Shown: positions 1 to 10,448, counted from the first letter of the stretch. The stretch: 64,000 nt of DNA from Hungatella sp. (GCA_031270005.1 JAISYJ010000137.1:34087-98086); one strand, 5' to 3'. Made by a program: numbers and translations. Notes: generated from the letters alone by a model not told the origin.

Positions 1-446
1 ATACCTCCGGCGGTGATGTGGATGCAGGCCTTGCCATAGCGGAGATGATTGCTTCCTTAAGCATCCCTACCGTATCCCTGGTTCTTGGAGGAAGCCATTC
101 CATTGGAGTTCCCTTAGCAGTTTGTACGGATTACTCCTTTATCGTACCCACTGGAACCATGATGGTTCATCCCGTAAGAATGACGGGAATGGTAATCGGC
201 GCTTCCCAGACCTATGAATATTTTGAAATGATACAGGACAGGATCTTAAGCTTTGTTTCCAGCCATGCAAAGATTGCCTACGACCAGTTAAAGCGCCTTA
301 TGCTGAATACGGAAATGCTCACAAGAGACTTAGGAACCGTACTGGTCGGCGAGGAAACGGTAAAAGAAGGCCTGATTAATGAAGTGGGCGGAATCAAGGA
401 TGCTTTAAAAAAATTATATGAACTGATGGAAACTGCTTCCCGTTAA
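1..446 (+). CDS. tepA: ClpP-family translocation-enhancing protein TepA (5' end outside window)
   Basis: The frame is open from the window start (TSGGDVDAGLAIAEMIASLSIPTVSLVLGGSHSIGVPLAV), the TepA/ClpP-like signature. It lies directly upstream of ftsK/spoIIIE, as in B. subtilis. Confidence 0.85.
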   Translation, partial: TSGGDVDAGLAIAEMIASLSIPTVSLVLGGSHSIGVPLAVCTDYSFIVPTGTMMVHPVRMTGMVIGASQTYEYFEMIQDRILSFVSSHAKIAYDQLKRLMLNTEMLTRDLGTVLVGEETVKEGLINEVGGIKDALKKLYELMETASR

Positions 447-449
447 ACG

Positions 450-478
450 TTGCAATTCTCCCGATTTTTTTGTATACT
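450..478 (+). promoter_or_regulatory. sigmaA-type promoter for ftsK
   Basis: TTGCAA (450-455), 17-bp spacer, TATACT (473-478). Confidence 0.6.
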
Positions 479-507
479 GTTACCAACGGATAGAAGGGGG
501 AAGTATT

Positions 508-3186
508 GTGCCTGAGACAACAAAGAAACGTACAACAGCAAAAAAAGGAAAAAACGGGAGAACAAGAAATACAGCCGCCAAAAAAAATGTGGTTTTGCCG
601 GAACCAGAATTTATCCATTCAGAGGTCGTGATCATTATGTCATTTTTGGCCGCGGCCATACTGTTTTTCAGCAACTTTCATTTATGTGGAATGGTTGGAG
701 ATTTTCTGCGCAGCGTACAGCTTGGCATATTTGGAAGTGTGGGATATGTTGCGCCTGTGCTGCTGTTTGCAGGAACAGCGTTTTACATCTCCAACCAGGG
801 AAATCCCAGGGCTGCTTTTAAACTGGCGTCTTTTATACTGGCGCTGGTTTCTTTGTGTGGATTTTTACAGCTTCTTTTTGGAACAAAGAGCGGCGAGGGA
901 ATGGGACTTGCAGATATTTATTTTGAGGCTTCCGTAAGCGGAAGAGGCGGCGGCATTATAGGCGGCCTTTTGGCCGGAGGGCTTACCTCTATTATCGGTG
1001 TTGTGGGAGCCTATCTGGTGATCGGAGTCCTTCTTATCATATCTGCAGTCTGCATTACGGAAAAATCTTTTGTAGATATTGTGAAAAAGGGAGGCGGAAA
1101 GGCATACCGTCATGCCAGGGATAATGTGGACATGCACATGGAGATCCATGCGATACGCCAGGAAGCCCGTAAAAAGCTTTGGGAAGAGAAAAAGCTCCGG
1201 GGCGTCAATCTGGAAGCCACGAAGCTGGAGGCAGCCAAGGAGGAAAGCTATGGGGAAGATCTGGCTGAGGAAGTTCCTGACATCCTTGCCGATGATATTA
1301 TGGCCCAGGCAGACCGGCTGTCTGCCGTAACCTCTGCGGAAGTAAATGAACCCAATCCTGCTGATGTTTTCCGTGGCAGCTTTTCTCCTGTCCTGGAAAA
1401 TGAAGAGGATATTGTTCCCTTTGATCCCGACGTGGAAGCAGCTCCGCTTACAGAGGCATTGGAAGAATCTTCTATATATATGAAGAAAGAAATCAAAACC
1501 TTAAAGGAAATGGATGTGGTGGAAGAGGAGTTCTATCCAGAGGAAGGACATGATACCTTTTCCATTCCAGAAGAGCCAAAACAGGTGGTCACCGCTTCCG
1601 GCAAAGTGATAGAGACAGACACAGAAGTTCTTCAGAAAAAACTAGAAAAGAAGCGGGAAGAAGCGGCAAAGGAAGATGGTTTAAGTGTTACCCAGGAAAT
1701 CAGGCAAAAGCAGGAGACCGTGAAAAAGGAATATAAGTATCCGCCTCTTTCTCTGCTTAAAAAAGGAAAATCAGGGGTCTTTTCCGACCGGGAATACAAG
1801 GAAACTGCCATTAAACTCCAGCGGACTCTTCAGAATTTCGGTGTCGGGGTTACGGTCACCAATATAAGCTGCGGACCTTCCGTAACCAGGTATGAGCTTC
1901 ATCCGGAGCAGGGGGTAAAGGTCAGTAAGATTGTAGGCCTGGCAGATGACATCAAATTGAGCCTGGCGGCCGCTGATATCCGAATTGAAGCGCCCATACC
2001 AGGAAAATCGGCGGTGGGCATCGAGGTACCCAATAAAGAAAACCAAATGGTATACCTGCGGGATATTCTGGAGGCGGACGGCTTTCAGAAGCATTCCTCA
2101 AAAATCGCTTTTGCAGTTGGTAAGGATATCGGCGGACAGGTGGTTGTCACTGACATTGCAAAGATGCCCCATCTATTAATCGCCGGAGCTACAGGTTCCG
2201 GTAAATCCGTCTGTATTAACACCTTGATCATGAGCATCATCTTTAAAGCGGATCCTGAGGATGTGAAACTGATCATGGTGGACCCCAAGGTGGTGGAATT
2301 AAGTGTTTATAATGGGATTCCCCATTTGCTGCTTCCTGTGGTCACTGACCCGAAAAAGGCCTCTGGAGCCCTTAACTGGGCGGTGGCGGAGATGACGGAC
2401 CGTTATAATAAGTTCGCCCAGTATAATGTCAGGGAAATCAAGGGGTATAACCAAAAGGTAGACAGCATAAAAGACATTGAGGATGAGGATAAGCCCAAAA
2501 AGATGCCTCAGATCGTCATCATTATCGACGAGCTTGCGGATCTTATGATGGTAGCGCCCGGAGAAGTAGAAGATTCCATCTGCCGTCTGGCCCAGCTTGC
2601 CAGAGCTGCGGGCATTCATCTTGTCATCGCCACCCAGCGTCCGTCAGTCAACGTCATAACAGGTCTTATCAAGGCCAATGTTCCTTCCAGGGTAGCCTTT
2701 GCGGTTTCTTCCGGAGTGGATTCCAGGACCATTATTGATATGAATGGTGCGGAAAAGCTTCTTGGAAAAGGTGATATGCTGTTTTATCCGGCAGGATACC
2801 CAAAACCACTGCGTGTTCAGGGTGCATTTGTATCGGATTCCGAAGTCTCCGAGGTTGTGGAATTCTTAACGGAGCAGGGGCTTACCGCAGATTATAATCC
2901 GGAAGTGGAAAGCATGATCGCTTCCGCGCCTGCAGTCGGAGAGATAAAGGGCGGAGGAAATGACCGGGATGAGTATTTCGTCCAGGCCGGGAAGTTTATC
3001 ATTGAAAAGGACAAAGCGTCCATCGGAATGCTGCAGAGAATGTTTAAAATAGGCTTTAACCGGGCTGCCCGGATCATGGACCAGCTTGCAGAAGCCGGTG
3101 TGGTAGGAGAAGAGGAAGGCACCAAACCTCGTAAGGTACTGATGAGCCTGGAAGAATTCGATGAAATGCTTTCCCAGGGTTGTTAA
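508..3186 (+). CDS. ftsK: FtsK/SpoIIIE DNA translocase
   Basis: N-terminal TM segments, acidic linker, Walker A (AGATGSGKS), HLVIATQRPS motif, C-terminal gamma domain (QRMFKIGFNRAARIMDQL). Confidence 0.97.
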   Translation: MPETTKKRTTAKKGKNGRTRNTAAKKNVVLPEPEFIHSEVVIIMSFLAAAILFFSNFHLCGMVGDFLRSVQLGIFGSVGYVAPVLLFAGTAFYISNQGNPRAAFKLASFILALVSLCGFLQLLFGTKSGEGMGLADIYFEASVSGRGGGIIGGLLAGGLTSIIGVVGAYLVIGVLLIISAVCITEKSFVDIVKKGGGKAYRHARDNVDMHMEIHAIRQEARKKLWEEKKLRGVNLEATKLEAAKEESYGEDLAEEVPDILADDIMAQADRLSAVTSAEVNEPNPADVFRGSFSPVLENEEDIVPFDPDVEAAPLTEALEESSIYMKKEIKTLKEMDVVEEEFYPEEGHDTFSIPEEPKQVVTASGKVIETDTEVLQKKLEKKREEAAKEDGLSVTQEIRQKQETVKKEYKYPPLSLLKKGKSGVFSDREYKETAIKLQRTLQNFGVGVTVTNISCGPSVTRYELHPEQGVKVSKIVGLADDIKLSLAAADIRIEAPIPGKSAVGIEVPNKENQMVYLRDILEADGFQKHSSKIAFAVGKDIGGQVVVTDIAKMPHLLIAGATGSGKSVCINTLIMSIIFKADPEDVKLIMVDPKVVELSVYNGIPHLLLPVVTDPKKASGALNWAVAEMTDRYNKFAQYNVREIKGYNQKVDSIKDIEDEDKPKKMPQIVIIIDELADLMMVAPGEVEDSICRLAQLARAAGIHLVIATQRPSVNVITGLIKANVPSRVAFAVSSGVDSRTIIDMNGAEKLLGKGDMLFYPAGYPKPLRVQGAFVSDSEVSEVVEFLTEQGLTADYNPEVESMIASAPAVGEIKGGGNDRDEYFVQAGKFIIEKDKASIGMLQRMFKIGFNRAARIMDQLAEAGVVGEEEGTKPRKVLMSLEEFDEMLSQGC

Positions 3187-3226
3187 TCATAGAACCGTGT
3201 TATTTACATAGAAGGAGGAGTGGAAA

Positions 3227-4897
3227 ATGAAAACAGATATCGAAATCGCGCAAGAGGCAAAAATGCTTCCTATCAAAGATGTGGCTGCTTCCTATGAGAT
3301 CTGTGAGGATGAGCTGGAGCTTTACGGAAAGTATAAGGCAAAACTGACTGATGAACTGTGGGAGCGGGTAAAGGACCGTCCGGATGGCCGACTGGTTCTT
3401 GTAACGGCAATCAATCCCACCCCCGCAGGGGAAGGAAAGACCACCACTACCGTAGGTCTTGGCCAGGCATTGGGGAAAATGGGTAAAAAGGCGATTATCG
3501 CCCTCAGGGAACCCTCCCTTGGACCATGCTTTGGCATTAAGGGCGGCGCGGCAGGCGGCGGATATGCCCAGGTAGTGCCCATGGAAGACTTAAATCTTCA
3601 TTTTACCGGTGATTTTCATGCTATAACCTCAGCCAATAACCTGCTTGCAGCTTTGTTAGACAATCATATCCACCAGGGCAATGCCCTTGGAATCGACACC
3701 CGCCAGATTCTCTGGAAGCGCTGTCTGGATATGAATGACCGCGCCCTTAGAAATATTGTGGTTGGTCTTGGATCCAAAGCAGAAGGCTTTGTGAGAGAGG
3801 ATCACTTTGTGATCACGGTGGCATCGGAAATCATGGCAATCCTTTGCCTTGCAAATGATATGAAAGATTTAAAAGAACGGCTGGGAAGGGTCATTGTGGC
3901 ATATAATTATGCTGGAGAGCCTGTGACGGCCTCCCAGTTAAATGCAGTAGGCGCTATGGCGGCTTTGCTAAAGGATGCCTTAAAGCCCAATCTGATACAG
4001 ACCCTGGAACACACCGGTGCCATTGTTCACGGAGGTCCTTTTGCAAACATCGCCCATGGCTGCAACAGCGTACGCGCGACCAAAACGGCATTAAAGCTGG
4101 CTGATGTTGTTGTGACAGAGGCAGGATTTGGCGCGGATTTAGGCGCGGAAAAATTCCTTGACATCAAATGCAGAAAAGCCGGATTAAAGCCTGACGCCAT
4201 TGTATTGGTAGCTACGGTGAGAGCCCTCAAATACAACGGCGGAGTGCCAAAGGACCAGTTAAAGGATGAAAACCTGGCTGCCCTTGAAAAAGGTATTGTC
4301 AATCTGGAAAAGCACATTGAAAATATGATGAAATACGGCGTTCCGGTAATTGTTACCCTGAATTCCTTTATCACAGACACAGAGGCTGAACACCAGTTTG
4401 TTAAAAAGTTTTGTGAGGAAAGAGGATGTGAATTTGCCTTATCCCAGGTTTGGGAAAAAGGAGGAGAGGGTGGCATCGAGCTGGCAGAAAAAGTGCTTTA
4501 TACCCTGGAAAATAAAGAAAGCAATTTTGCCCCCCTTTATCCCGATGACATGGGGCTTGAAGATAAGATCGCTGCAATTGCAAAGGAAATCTACGGCGCA
4601 GATGGGGTGACCTATGCTCCGGCAGCATTAAAAGCCATAAGAAAATTTGAAGAAATGGGCTTTGGCAGCCTTCCTGTGTGCATGGCAAAGACACAGTATT
4701 CCTTATCCGATGATCAGACAAAGCTTGGAAAGCCGGAAGGCTTTGACATTAATGTGCGGGATGCTTATGTATCCGCTGGAGCAGGATTTGTGGTCATTCT
4801 GACCGGAGCCATCATGACCATGCCGGGTCTTCCGAAGAAGCCTGCCGCAGATAATATTGACGTAAATGAAGATGGAGTAATCACCGGATTATTCTGA
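3227..4897 (+). CDS. fhs: Formate--tetrahydrofolate ligase
   Basis: [34 protein letters not shown] and [11 protein letters not shown] motifs; 556 aa. Confidence 0.98.
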   Translation: MKTDIEIAQEAKMLPIKDVAASYEICEDELELYGKYKAKLTDELWERVKDRPDGRLVLVTAINPTPAGEGKTTTTVGLGQALGKMGKKAIIALREPSLGPCFGIKGGAAGGGYAQVVPMEDLNLHFTGDFHAITSANNLLAALLDNHIHQGNALGIDTRQILWKRCLDMNDRALRNIVVGLGSKAEGFVREDHFVITVASEIMAILCLANDMKDLKERLGRVIVAYNYAGEPVTASQLNAVGAMAALLKDALKPNLIQTLEHTGAIVHGGPFANIAHGCNSVRATKTALKLADVVVTEAGFGADLGAEKFLDIKCRKAGLKPDAIVLVATVRALKYNGGVPKDQLKDENLAALEKGIVNLEKHIENMMKYGVPVIVTLNSFITDTEAEHQFVKKFCEERGCEFALSQVWEKGGEGGIELAEKVLYTLENKESNFAPLYPDDMGLEDKIAAIAKEIYGADGVTYAPAALKAIRKFEEMGFGSLPVCMAKTQYSLSDDQTKLGKPEGFDINVRDAYVSAGAGFVVILTGAIMTMPGLPKKPAADNIDVNEDGVITGLF

Positions 4898-4909
4898 TTT
4901 GGAGGTTTT

Positions 4910-6385
4910 ATGAAGTTTAAAGAATGGCTAAAAGACTTAAAATATGAGGTGCTGCAGGGTAGCCTGGACCTTGAGGCCGAGGATGTCATTTATGACTCCA
5001 GAAAGGCACGAAAGGGTGTTGTATTTGTCTGCATGAAAGGCACGAGAACCGACTCCCATGAATTCATACCAGAGGTGGTGGACGCTGGGGTGGAAATCCT
5101 TGTAGTAGAACGAAGGATGGATATCCCGGATGGCGTAACCGCCATTCTCGTACATAATGCAAGAGAAGCGCTGGCTCTTTTATCAGCCGCCAGATTTGGA
5201 TATCCGGCGGAAAATATGGTGACGATCGGCGTGACTGGAACCAAGGGAAAAACCACCACCACCCACATGATCAAGACTGTTTTGGAAGCCTGCGGCAAAA
5301 AAGTGGGAATGATCGGAACTACAGGCATTGTTATCGGCCAGGAAGTTACGCCTACGGTGAATACGACTCCCGAGTCCTATGAACTTCATCAGGCCTTCAG
5401 CCGCATGGCGGAAGCCGGCTGCGAGTATTTGGTAATGGAAGTTTCCTCCCAGGCCTTTAAAATGCACCGGGTAGATGGGATCTGCTTTGATTACGGACTG
5501 TTTACCAATATTTCCCCTGACCATATCGGACCGGATGAACACCGGGATTTTGAAGAATATCTTTTTTACAAATCCCGGATCTTCTGCTGCTCGAAAGTGG
5601 GAATCATGAATGGGGATGATGAGCATTGGGATGAAGTGGTAAAGGATGCTTCCTGTAAGCTCTACTCCTTCTCCATGGAGAAAAAAGACACAGATTTTAA
5701 AGCAGAGGCCATCAGGTACATCGCCCAGCCGGAATTTGTTGGACTGGAATTTGACATCAAAGGGGCTTGTGAGCTATCTGTCCGGGTGAATATTCCGGGA
5801 CGCTTTAACGTTGCCAATGCCTTGGCTGCTGTCAGCGTTTTAAGCTTTTTAGGGCTTCCAAAAGAGAATATCTGTCATGGACTGGAACATTTAAACGTGA
5901 ACGGACGTATGGAAATCGTTTATTCTTCTGAAAAATGTACGGTAATCGTAGATTATGCCCACAATGCGGTCAGCATGGAAAGCCTGCTCTCAACGCTAAG
6001 GGATTATCACCCAAAGCGCCTTGTCTGCGTCTTTGGCTGCGGCGGAAACCGTTCCAAGGACCGGCGTATTTCCATGGGAGACAGCGCCGGACGTCTGGCA
6101 GATCTTACGATTATCACCGCGGATAATTCCAGATACGAAAAAACGGAAGATATCATCGCGGACATTCGTGGAAGCCTTGAAAAGACCGGGGGAAAATTCA
6201 TGGAAATTCCGGACCGCAGGGAAGCCATCCGTTACAGCATCATTCATGCCGAACCAGGTGACATGATTGCCATTATAGGGAAAGGGCATGAGGATTACCA
6301 GGAGATAAACGGAGTCCGCCACCATTTCTCAGACCGGGAAGAGGTCTTAAATGCAGTGGATGCCCAGCTTTCAAAGGAAGCTTAA
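4910..6385 (+). CDS. murE: UDP-N-acetylmuramoyl-L-alanyl-D-glutamate--diamino acid ligase
   Basis: GVTGTKGKTTT, TTPES, MEVSSQ, VDYAHN, GCGGNR, GKGHEDYQ motifs. Confidence 0.95.
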   Translation: MKFKEWLKDLKYEVLQGSLDLEAEDVIYDSRKARKGVVFVCMKGTRTDSHEFIPEVVDAGVEILVVERRMDIPDGVTAILVHNAREALALLSAARFGYPAENMVTIGVTGTKGKTTTTHMIKTVLEACGKKVGMIGTTGIVIGQEVTPTVNTTPESYELHQAFSRMAEAGCEYLVMEVSSQAFKMHRVDGICFDYGLFTNISPDHIGPDEHRDFEEYLFYKSRIFCCSKVGIMNGDDEHWDEVVKDASCKLYSFSMEKKDTDFKAEAIRYIAQPEFVGLEFDIKGACELSVRVNIPGRFNVANALAAVSVLSFLGLPKENICHGLEHLNVNGRMEIVYSSEKCTVIVDYAHNAVSMESLLSTLRDYHPKRLVCVFGCGGNRSKDRRISMGDSAGRLADLTIITADNSRYEKTEDIIADIRGSLEKTGGKFMEIPDRREAIRYSIIHAEPGDMIAIIGKGHEDYQEINGVRHHFSDREEVLNAVDAQLSKEA

Positions 6386-6407
6386 AAGGAAAGCCAAGCG
6401 ATAAATA

Positions 6408-6446
6408 AAATGCCGAAAGCCGTAGGGATATGCAGCTTTCGGCATT
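6408..6446 (+). repeat. 13-bp perfect inverted repeat downstream of murE
   Basis: AAATGCCGAAAGC ... GCTTTCGGCATTT; no long U-tract follows. Confidence 0.7.
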
Positions 6447-6460
6447 TCCGCGGTAGGTGG

Positions 6461-6592
6461 TATGCCAAAAAGCATGGGCAGGAAAGAGGAACGCCCTTCG
6501 GGCATACCTTTATGCCTAAAAGCACGGGCAGGAAAGAGGAACGCCCTTCGGGCATACCTTTATGCCCAGAAAGCATGGGGCAGGAAAGAGGA
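6461..6592 (+). repeat. Family-1 junction repeat: tandem array (partial copy plus two full ~50-bp copies)
   Basis: ACGCCCTTCGGGCATACCTTTATGCC(T/C)A(A/G)AAGCA(C/T)GGG(G)CAGGAAAGAGGA at 6491 and 6541; 3' half-copy at 6461. Confidence 0.95.
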
Positions 6593-6633
6593 AAGGAATG
6601 TGCGCCGGGAGCGTGCATGGAACGGAGGTAGCA

Positions 6634-8004
6634 ATGGTAAATATGACAGTAAAAGAAATACTTTCAGCCACGGGAGGTAAGCTTCTTTGCGGAAATGAGG
6701 ATACGGTTCTGGACCACATCAGCATTGACTCCAGAAATATGAAGGGGAATGACCTGTTTGTCCCCATCATTGGAGAAAGGCAAGATGCCCATCATTTTAT
6801 CGGGCAGGCCTTTGACAATGGAGCAACGGCGGTGCTTACCAGCGAGCATGACGCTATGGACGACTTTAAACCGTGGATCCGGGTAGAGGATACAAAAAAG
6901 GCTCTTCAAGCCATTGGAAGCTATTACAGGGACTGCTTAAAGCTTCCCCTGGTGGGAATCACGGGAAGCGTGGGAAAGACCACTACAAGGGAGATGGTTG
7001 CCTGTGCCCTGTCTGCCCGTTATTCCGTTTATAAAACTCCTGGAAACCATAACAGCCAGGTAGGAGTGCCTATTACCATATCTGAGATTTCACCGGAGGA
7101 TGAAATCGGAGTCATTGAACTGGGAATGAGCGAGCCGGGAGAACTGACCGTCATCGCCAGGATCGCAAAAATCCAGATGGCTGTGATAACCAATATCGGA
7201 GTAACCCATATCGAGCAGCTTGGATCCCAGGAAAACATCTACAGAGAAAAACTGACTATCCAGGATGGGCTAATGGAAGGCGGAATCCTCTTTTTAAATG
7301 GGGATGACCCGCTTTTAAAAACCACAAAAGCAAAGGAAGGCTGTAAGACCATTTATTACGGAACAGAAGATAATTGTGATTACAGGGCTGAAGATGTTCA
7401 TTTGGAGGATGGTTTTCCGGCCTTTACGGCAGTCTTTGGACAGAAGAGAGTTTCTTTGCGGCTGGCAGTAATGGGAAGCCATAATGTGTTAAATGCTATG
7501 GTGTCCCTTGCAGTGGCTTCTGAGTGCGGCATCCCTATGGAAGAAGCGGCAGAATGTCTCCAGAAATTTACCGGTTTTAAGAACCGGCAGCAGATCTATC
7601 ATACAGCCGGTATGACCATCATCGATGATACATATAACGCCAGCCCGGTTTCCATGAAAGCAGGACTGGAGGTCCTGGGTTCTATTAAAAAGGCGGAACG
7701 AAGGATCGCCGTATTGGCTGATATGAAGGAGCTGGGAGAAAAAACACGGTCATACCATTATGAAATCGGAGAATACATTACAGAGCATCCAGTATATGAG
7801 GTAGTGACTTTGGGAGAGCTGGCAGGGGAGATCGCCAGAGCGGTGAAGGAACATGCTCCTCATATCCTGGTTAAGGAATTCATGGAACCAGAACTGCTGG
7901 TATCTTATTTAAAAGAGGAATTAAAGGAAGGGGACTGCGTGCTGTTTAAGGGCTCCAACAGCATGAATCTTGGCCCGGTCGCGGAGAAATTTTACCGGCC
8001 TTGA
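6634..8004 (+). CDS. murF: UDP-N-acetylmuramoyl-tripeptide--D-alanyl-D-alanine ligase
   Basis: GITGSVGKTTT, HNSQVG, ELGMS, IDDTYNASP, DMKELG, KGS motifs. Start placed at ATG 6634 after GGAGG (6624-6628); the upstream part of the track ORF is repeat-derived. Confidence 0.95.
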   Translation: MVNMTVKEILSATGGKLLCGNEDTVLDHISIDSRNMKGNDLFVPIIGERQDAHHFIGQAFDNGATAVLTSEHDAMDDFKPWIRVEDTKKALQAIGSYYRDCLKLPLVGITGSVGKTTTREMVACALSARYSVYKTPGNHNSQVGVPITISEISPEDEIGVIELGMSEPGELTVIARIAKIQMAVITNIGVTHIEQLGSQENIYREKLTIQDGLMEGGILFLNGDDPLLKTTKAKEGCKTIYYGTEDNCDYRAEDVHLEDGFPAFTAVFGQKRVSLRLAVMGSHNVLNAMVSLAVASECGIPMEEAAECLQKFTGFKNRQQIYHTAGMTIIDDTYNASPVSMKAGLEVLGSIKKAERRIAVLADMKELGEKTRSYHYEIGEYITEHPVYEVVTLGELAGEIARAVKEHAPHILVKEFMEPELLVSYLKEELKEGDCVLFKGSNSMNLGPVAEKFYRP

Positions 8005-8034
8005 CAGCCTTTTAGAGCCCATGGCACTAATGGT

Positions 8035-8154
8035 GCAGGTATACCTTTCCGCCCGATAAAGCGGGCGGGCTTTGCCCGAAAGGCGTGGACAGAAAAGAGG
8101 AAACACTCTTCGAGTATACCGTTATGCCCAAAAAGCATGGGCAGAAAAGAGGAA
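8035..8154 (+). repeat. Family-1 junction repeat: long variant plus standard copy
   Basis: GCAGGTATACCTTTCCGCCCGATAAAGCGGGCGGGCTTTGCCCGAAAGGCGTGGACAGAAAAGAGGAA followed by ACACTCTTCGAGTATACCGTTATGCCCAAAAAGCATGGGCAGAAAAGAGGAA. Confidence 0.9.
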
Positions 8155-8158
8155 AACA

Positions 8159-10387
8159 ATGACGGAACGATTTGCCCGGATTATTATTGATATTTCCCAT
8201 GAAAAGGTTGACAGAACCTTTGATTACCGGATTCCGGCCGGACTTCTTGATGAAGTGGCTGTAGGTACTCTGGTTTTGATTCCTTTTGGAAAAGGGAATT
8301 CCATGCGGAAGGGGTATGTGGTCGGAATTGCCGCCCATGCGGATTATGATCCGGATAAAATTAAGGAGATAGCGGGAATCGTAACAGACGGCGTATCGGC
8401 AGAATCCCTGCTCATCTCCCTGGCATGGTGGCTGAAAGAGCGGTATGGCTCCACCATGAACCAGGCATTAAAAACAGTGCTTCCTGTGAAGCAAAAGGTA
8501 AAGCCAAGGGAAAAAAAGGTGCTTAAAAGCCTTTTGGACCATTCCCAGCTTTTAAATGCCTTAGAGGAAGCGGAAAAAAAGAAATACAAGGCCAGGGCAC
8601 GCCTCTTTCAGGCGCTTTTGGAGAATCCGGCCATTCCATACGAAATTGCGGTTAATCAGATGAACCTTTCTGCCGCCACCTTAAAGCCGGTTATTGAAAA
8701 AGGATACGTAAGCCTTGAATGTGAAGAGGTTTACAGAAATCCTGTTAAAACAGAAATAAAAGAAAGAAGCAAGGTGGTTTTAAACGGAGAACAGCAGGCG
8801 ATTGTAGACAGTTTTTGCCTGGATTATTCCAATAATATAAGAAAAACCTATCTGATCCACGGCATTACAGGAAGCGGCAAGACAGAAGTTTACATGGAAC
8901 TGATCCAAAAGGTCATAGAGGATGGAAAACAGGTGATTGTTCTCATTCCGGAAATTGCCCTGACTTATCAGACCGTCCTGCGTTTCTATGGAAGATTTGG
9001 GAACCGGGTGTCCATAATCAATTCCAGATTGTCGGCAGGGGAACGGTATGACCAGTTTGAACGGGCAAGAAACGGGGATATTGATATTATGATCGGTCCC
9101 CGTTCGGCCCTGTTTACGCCCTTTTCCCGTCTTGGACTGATACTCATAGACGAAGAGCATGAAGGAGCTTACAAAAGCGAGGTATCTCCAAGATACCATG
9201 CCAGGGAGGTGGCTGTGAAAAGAGCCTCCATGCAGGGGGCATCTTTGGTTTTAGGCTCGGCGACTCCCTCTCTGGAAGCTTATACAAAAGCCCTTCAGGG
9301 AGAATACCAGCTTTTTCGCCTGACGGAAAGGGCCAAAAAAAACAGCCGTCTGGCGGCAGTATCCGTGGTGGATTTAAGGCAGGAGCTTAAGGAAGGCAAT
9401 AAGTCCATTTTCAGCAGAAGCTTACAGGCGCTGATCGAGGACCGGCTGGAGAAGCGGGAACAGGCCATGTTATTTATCAACAGGCGCGGCTATGCGAATT
9501 TTGTGTCCTGCCGTTCCTGCGGAGAAGCCATTCGCTGCCCTCACTGTGATGTGACTCTGACACTTCATAATAACAGCCGACTTGTCTGCCATTATTGCGG
9601 ATATTCCATATCCATGCCTGACCGCTGTCCGGCCTGCGGCTCTCCCTACATTGCCAATTTTGGAGTGGGAACCCAGAAGATTGAACAAATGACCAGAAAA
9701 ATGTTTCCGGCTGCCAGAGTCCTGCGAATGGATCTGGACACCACCTCAAAAAAGGGAGGACATGAAGAGATACTCACTGCTTTTTCAGAAGGAGAGGCCG
9801 ACATCCTTATCGGCACCCAGATGATCGTAAAAGGGCATGATTTTCCAAATGTGACCCTGGTAGGAGTGCTGGCTGCAGACCTGTCTTTGAATACTCCGGA
9901 CTACCGGTCTGGAGAACGGACCTTTCAGCTTTTGACCCAGGCGGCAGGAAGGGCTGGCCGGGATTTTCGAAGCGGTGACGTGGTCATTCAGACCTATAGT
10001 CCGGAACACTACAGCATTGTGACCGCTGCCAATCAGGATTATGAGGCATTTTACCGGCAGGAAATGGCATATCGCCGTCTGATGAAATATCCTCCGGCAA
10101 GCGGCCTGTTAACAGTACAGTTTTCTTCCAGACTGGAAGACTGTTTGAAAGAAACAGCAGATGCGGCTGCCGGGTTTATCGGCCCCTTTGCGGAACAGGA
10201 AGCGGTGCAGATCATCGGCCCGGTAGAGGCTACTGTTTACAAAATTAATGATATCTATAGAAAAATTTTATACTTGAAACAGGAAAACTATGATATACTA
10301 ATAAAAATCAGGGATCAGATCGACGGTTTTTCAGAAAACTATGGGCACCTGTTTGATCAGGTAATGATCCAATACGATTTTTCATAA
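8159..10387 (+). CDS. priA: Primosomal protein N' (replication restart helicase)
   Basis: GITGSGKT, DEEH, four CxxC pairs (CRSC/CPHC/CHYC/CPAC), QAAGRAGR. Start at ATG 8159 (MTERFARIII). Confidence 0.97.
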   Translation: MTERFARIIIDISHEKVDRTFDYRIPAGLLDEVAVGTLVLIPFGKGNSMRKGYVVGIAAHADYDPDKIKEIAGIVTDGVSAESLLISLAWWLKERYGSTMNQALKTVLPVKQKVKPREKKVLKSLLDHSQLLNALEEAEKKKYKARARLFQALLENPAIPYEIAVNQMNLSAATLKPVIEKGYVSLECEEVYRNPVKTEIKERSKVVLNGEQQAIVDSFCLDYSNNIRKTYLIHGITGSGKTEVYMELIQKVIEDGKQVIVLIPEIALTYQTVLRFYGRFGNRVSIINSRLSAGERYDQFERARNGDIDIMIGPRSALFTPFSRLGLILIDEEHEGAYKSEVSPRYHAREVAVKRASMQGASLVLGSATPSLEAYTKALQGEYQLFRLTERAKKNSRLAAVSVVDLRQELKEGNKSIFSRSLQALIEDRLEKREQAMLFINRRGYANFVSCRSCGEAIRCPHCDVTLTLHNNSRLVCHYCGYSISMPDRCPACGSPYIANFGVGTQKIEQMTRKMFPAARVLRMDLDTTSKKGGHEEILTAFSEGEADILIGTQMIVKGHDFPNVTLVGVLAADLSLNTPDYRSGERTFQLLTQAAGRAGRDFRSGDVVIQTYSPEHYSIVTAANQDYEAFYRQEMAYRRLMKYPPASGLLTVQFSSRLEDCLKETADAAAGFIGPFAEQEAVQIIGPVEATVYKINDIYRKILYLKQENYDILIKIRDQIDGFSENYGHLFDQVMIQYDFS

Positions 10388-10397
10388 ATGAGAAGAT

Positions 10398-10448
10398 ACA
10401 CCCTTCGGGTATACCTTTATGCCCGGAAAGCATAGGTAGGAAAGAGGA
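10398..10448 (+). repeat. Family-1 junction repeat, single copy
   Basis: ACACCCTTCGGGTATACCTTTATGCCCGGAAAGCATAGGTAGGAAAGAGGA fills most of the priA-def gap. Confidence 0.92.

Noticed and set aside
6461-6592. Tandem ~50-bp repeats as a CRISPR array
   Set aside because: The units abut with no unique spacers, no leader or cas genes are present, and the same unit is scattered singly at other gene junctions.
6410-6631. Short ORFs made of repeat sequence (6410..6631, 6462..6680) and N-terminal extensions of murF, priA, the Zn peptidase, rsgA, pdxK and der in the track
   Set aside because: They are translations of the repeat in open frames. Better RBS-linked ATGs lie downstream and match the expected protein starts.
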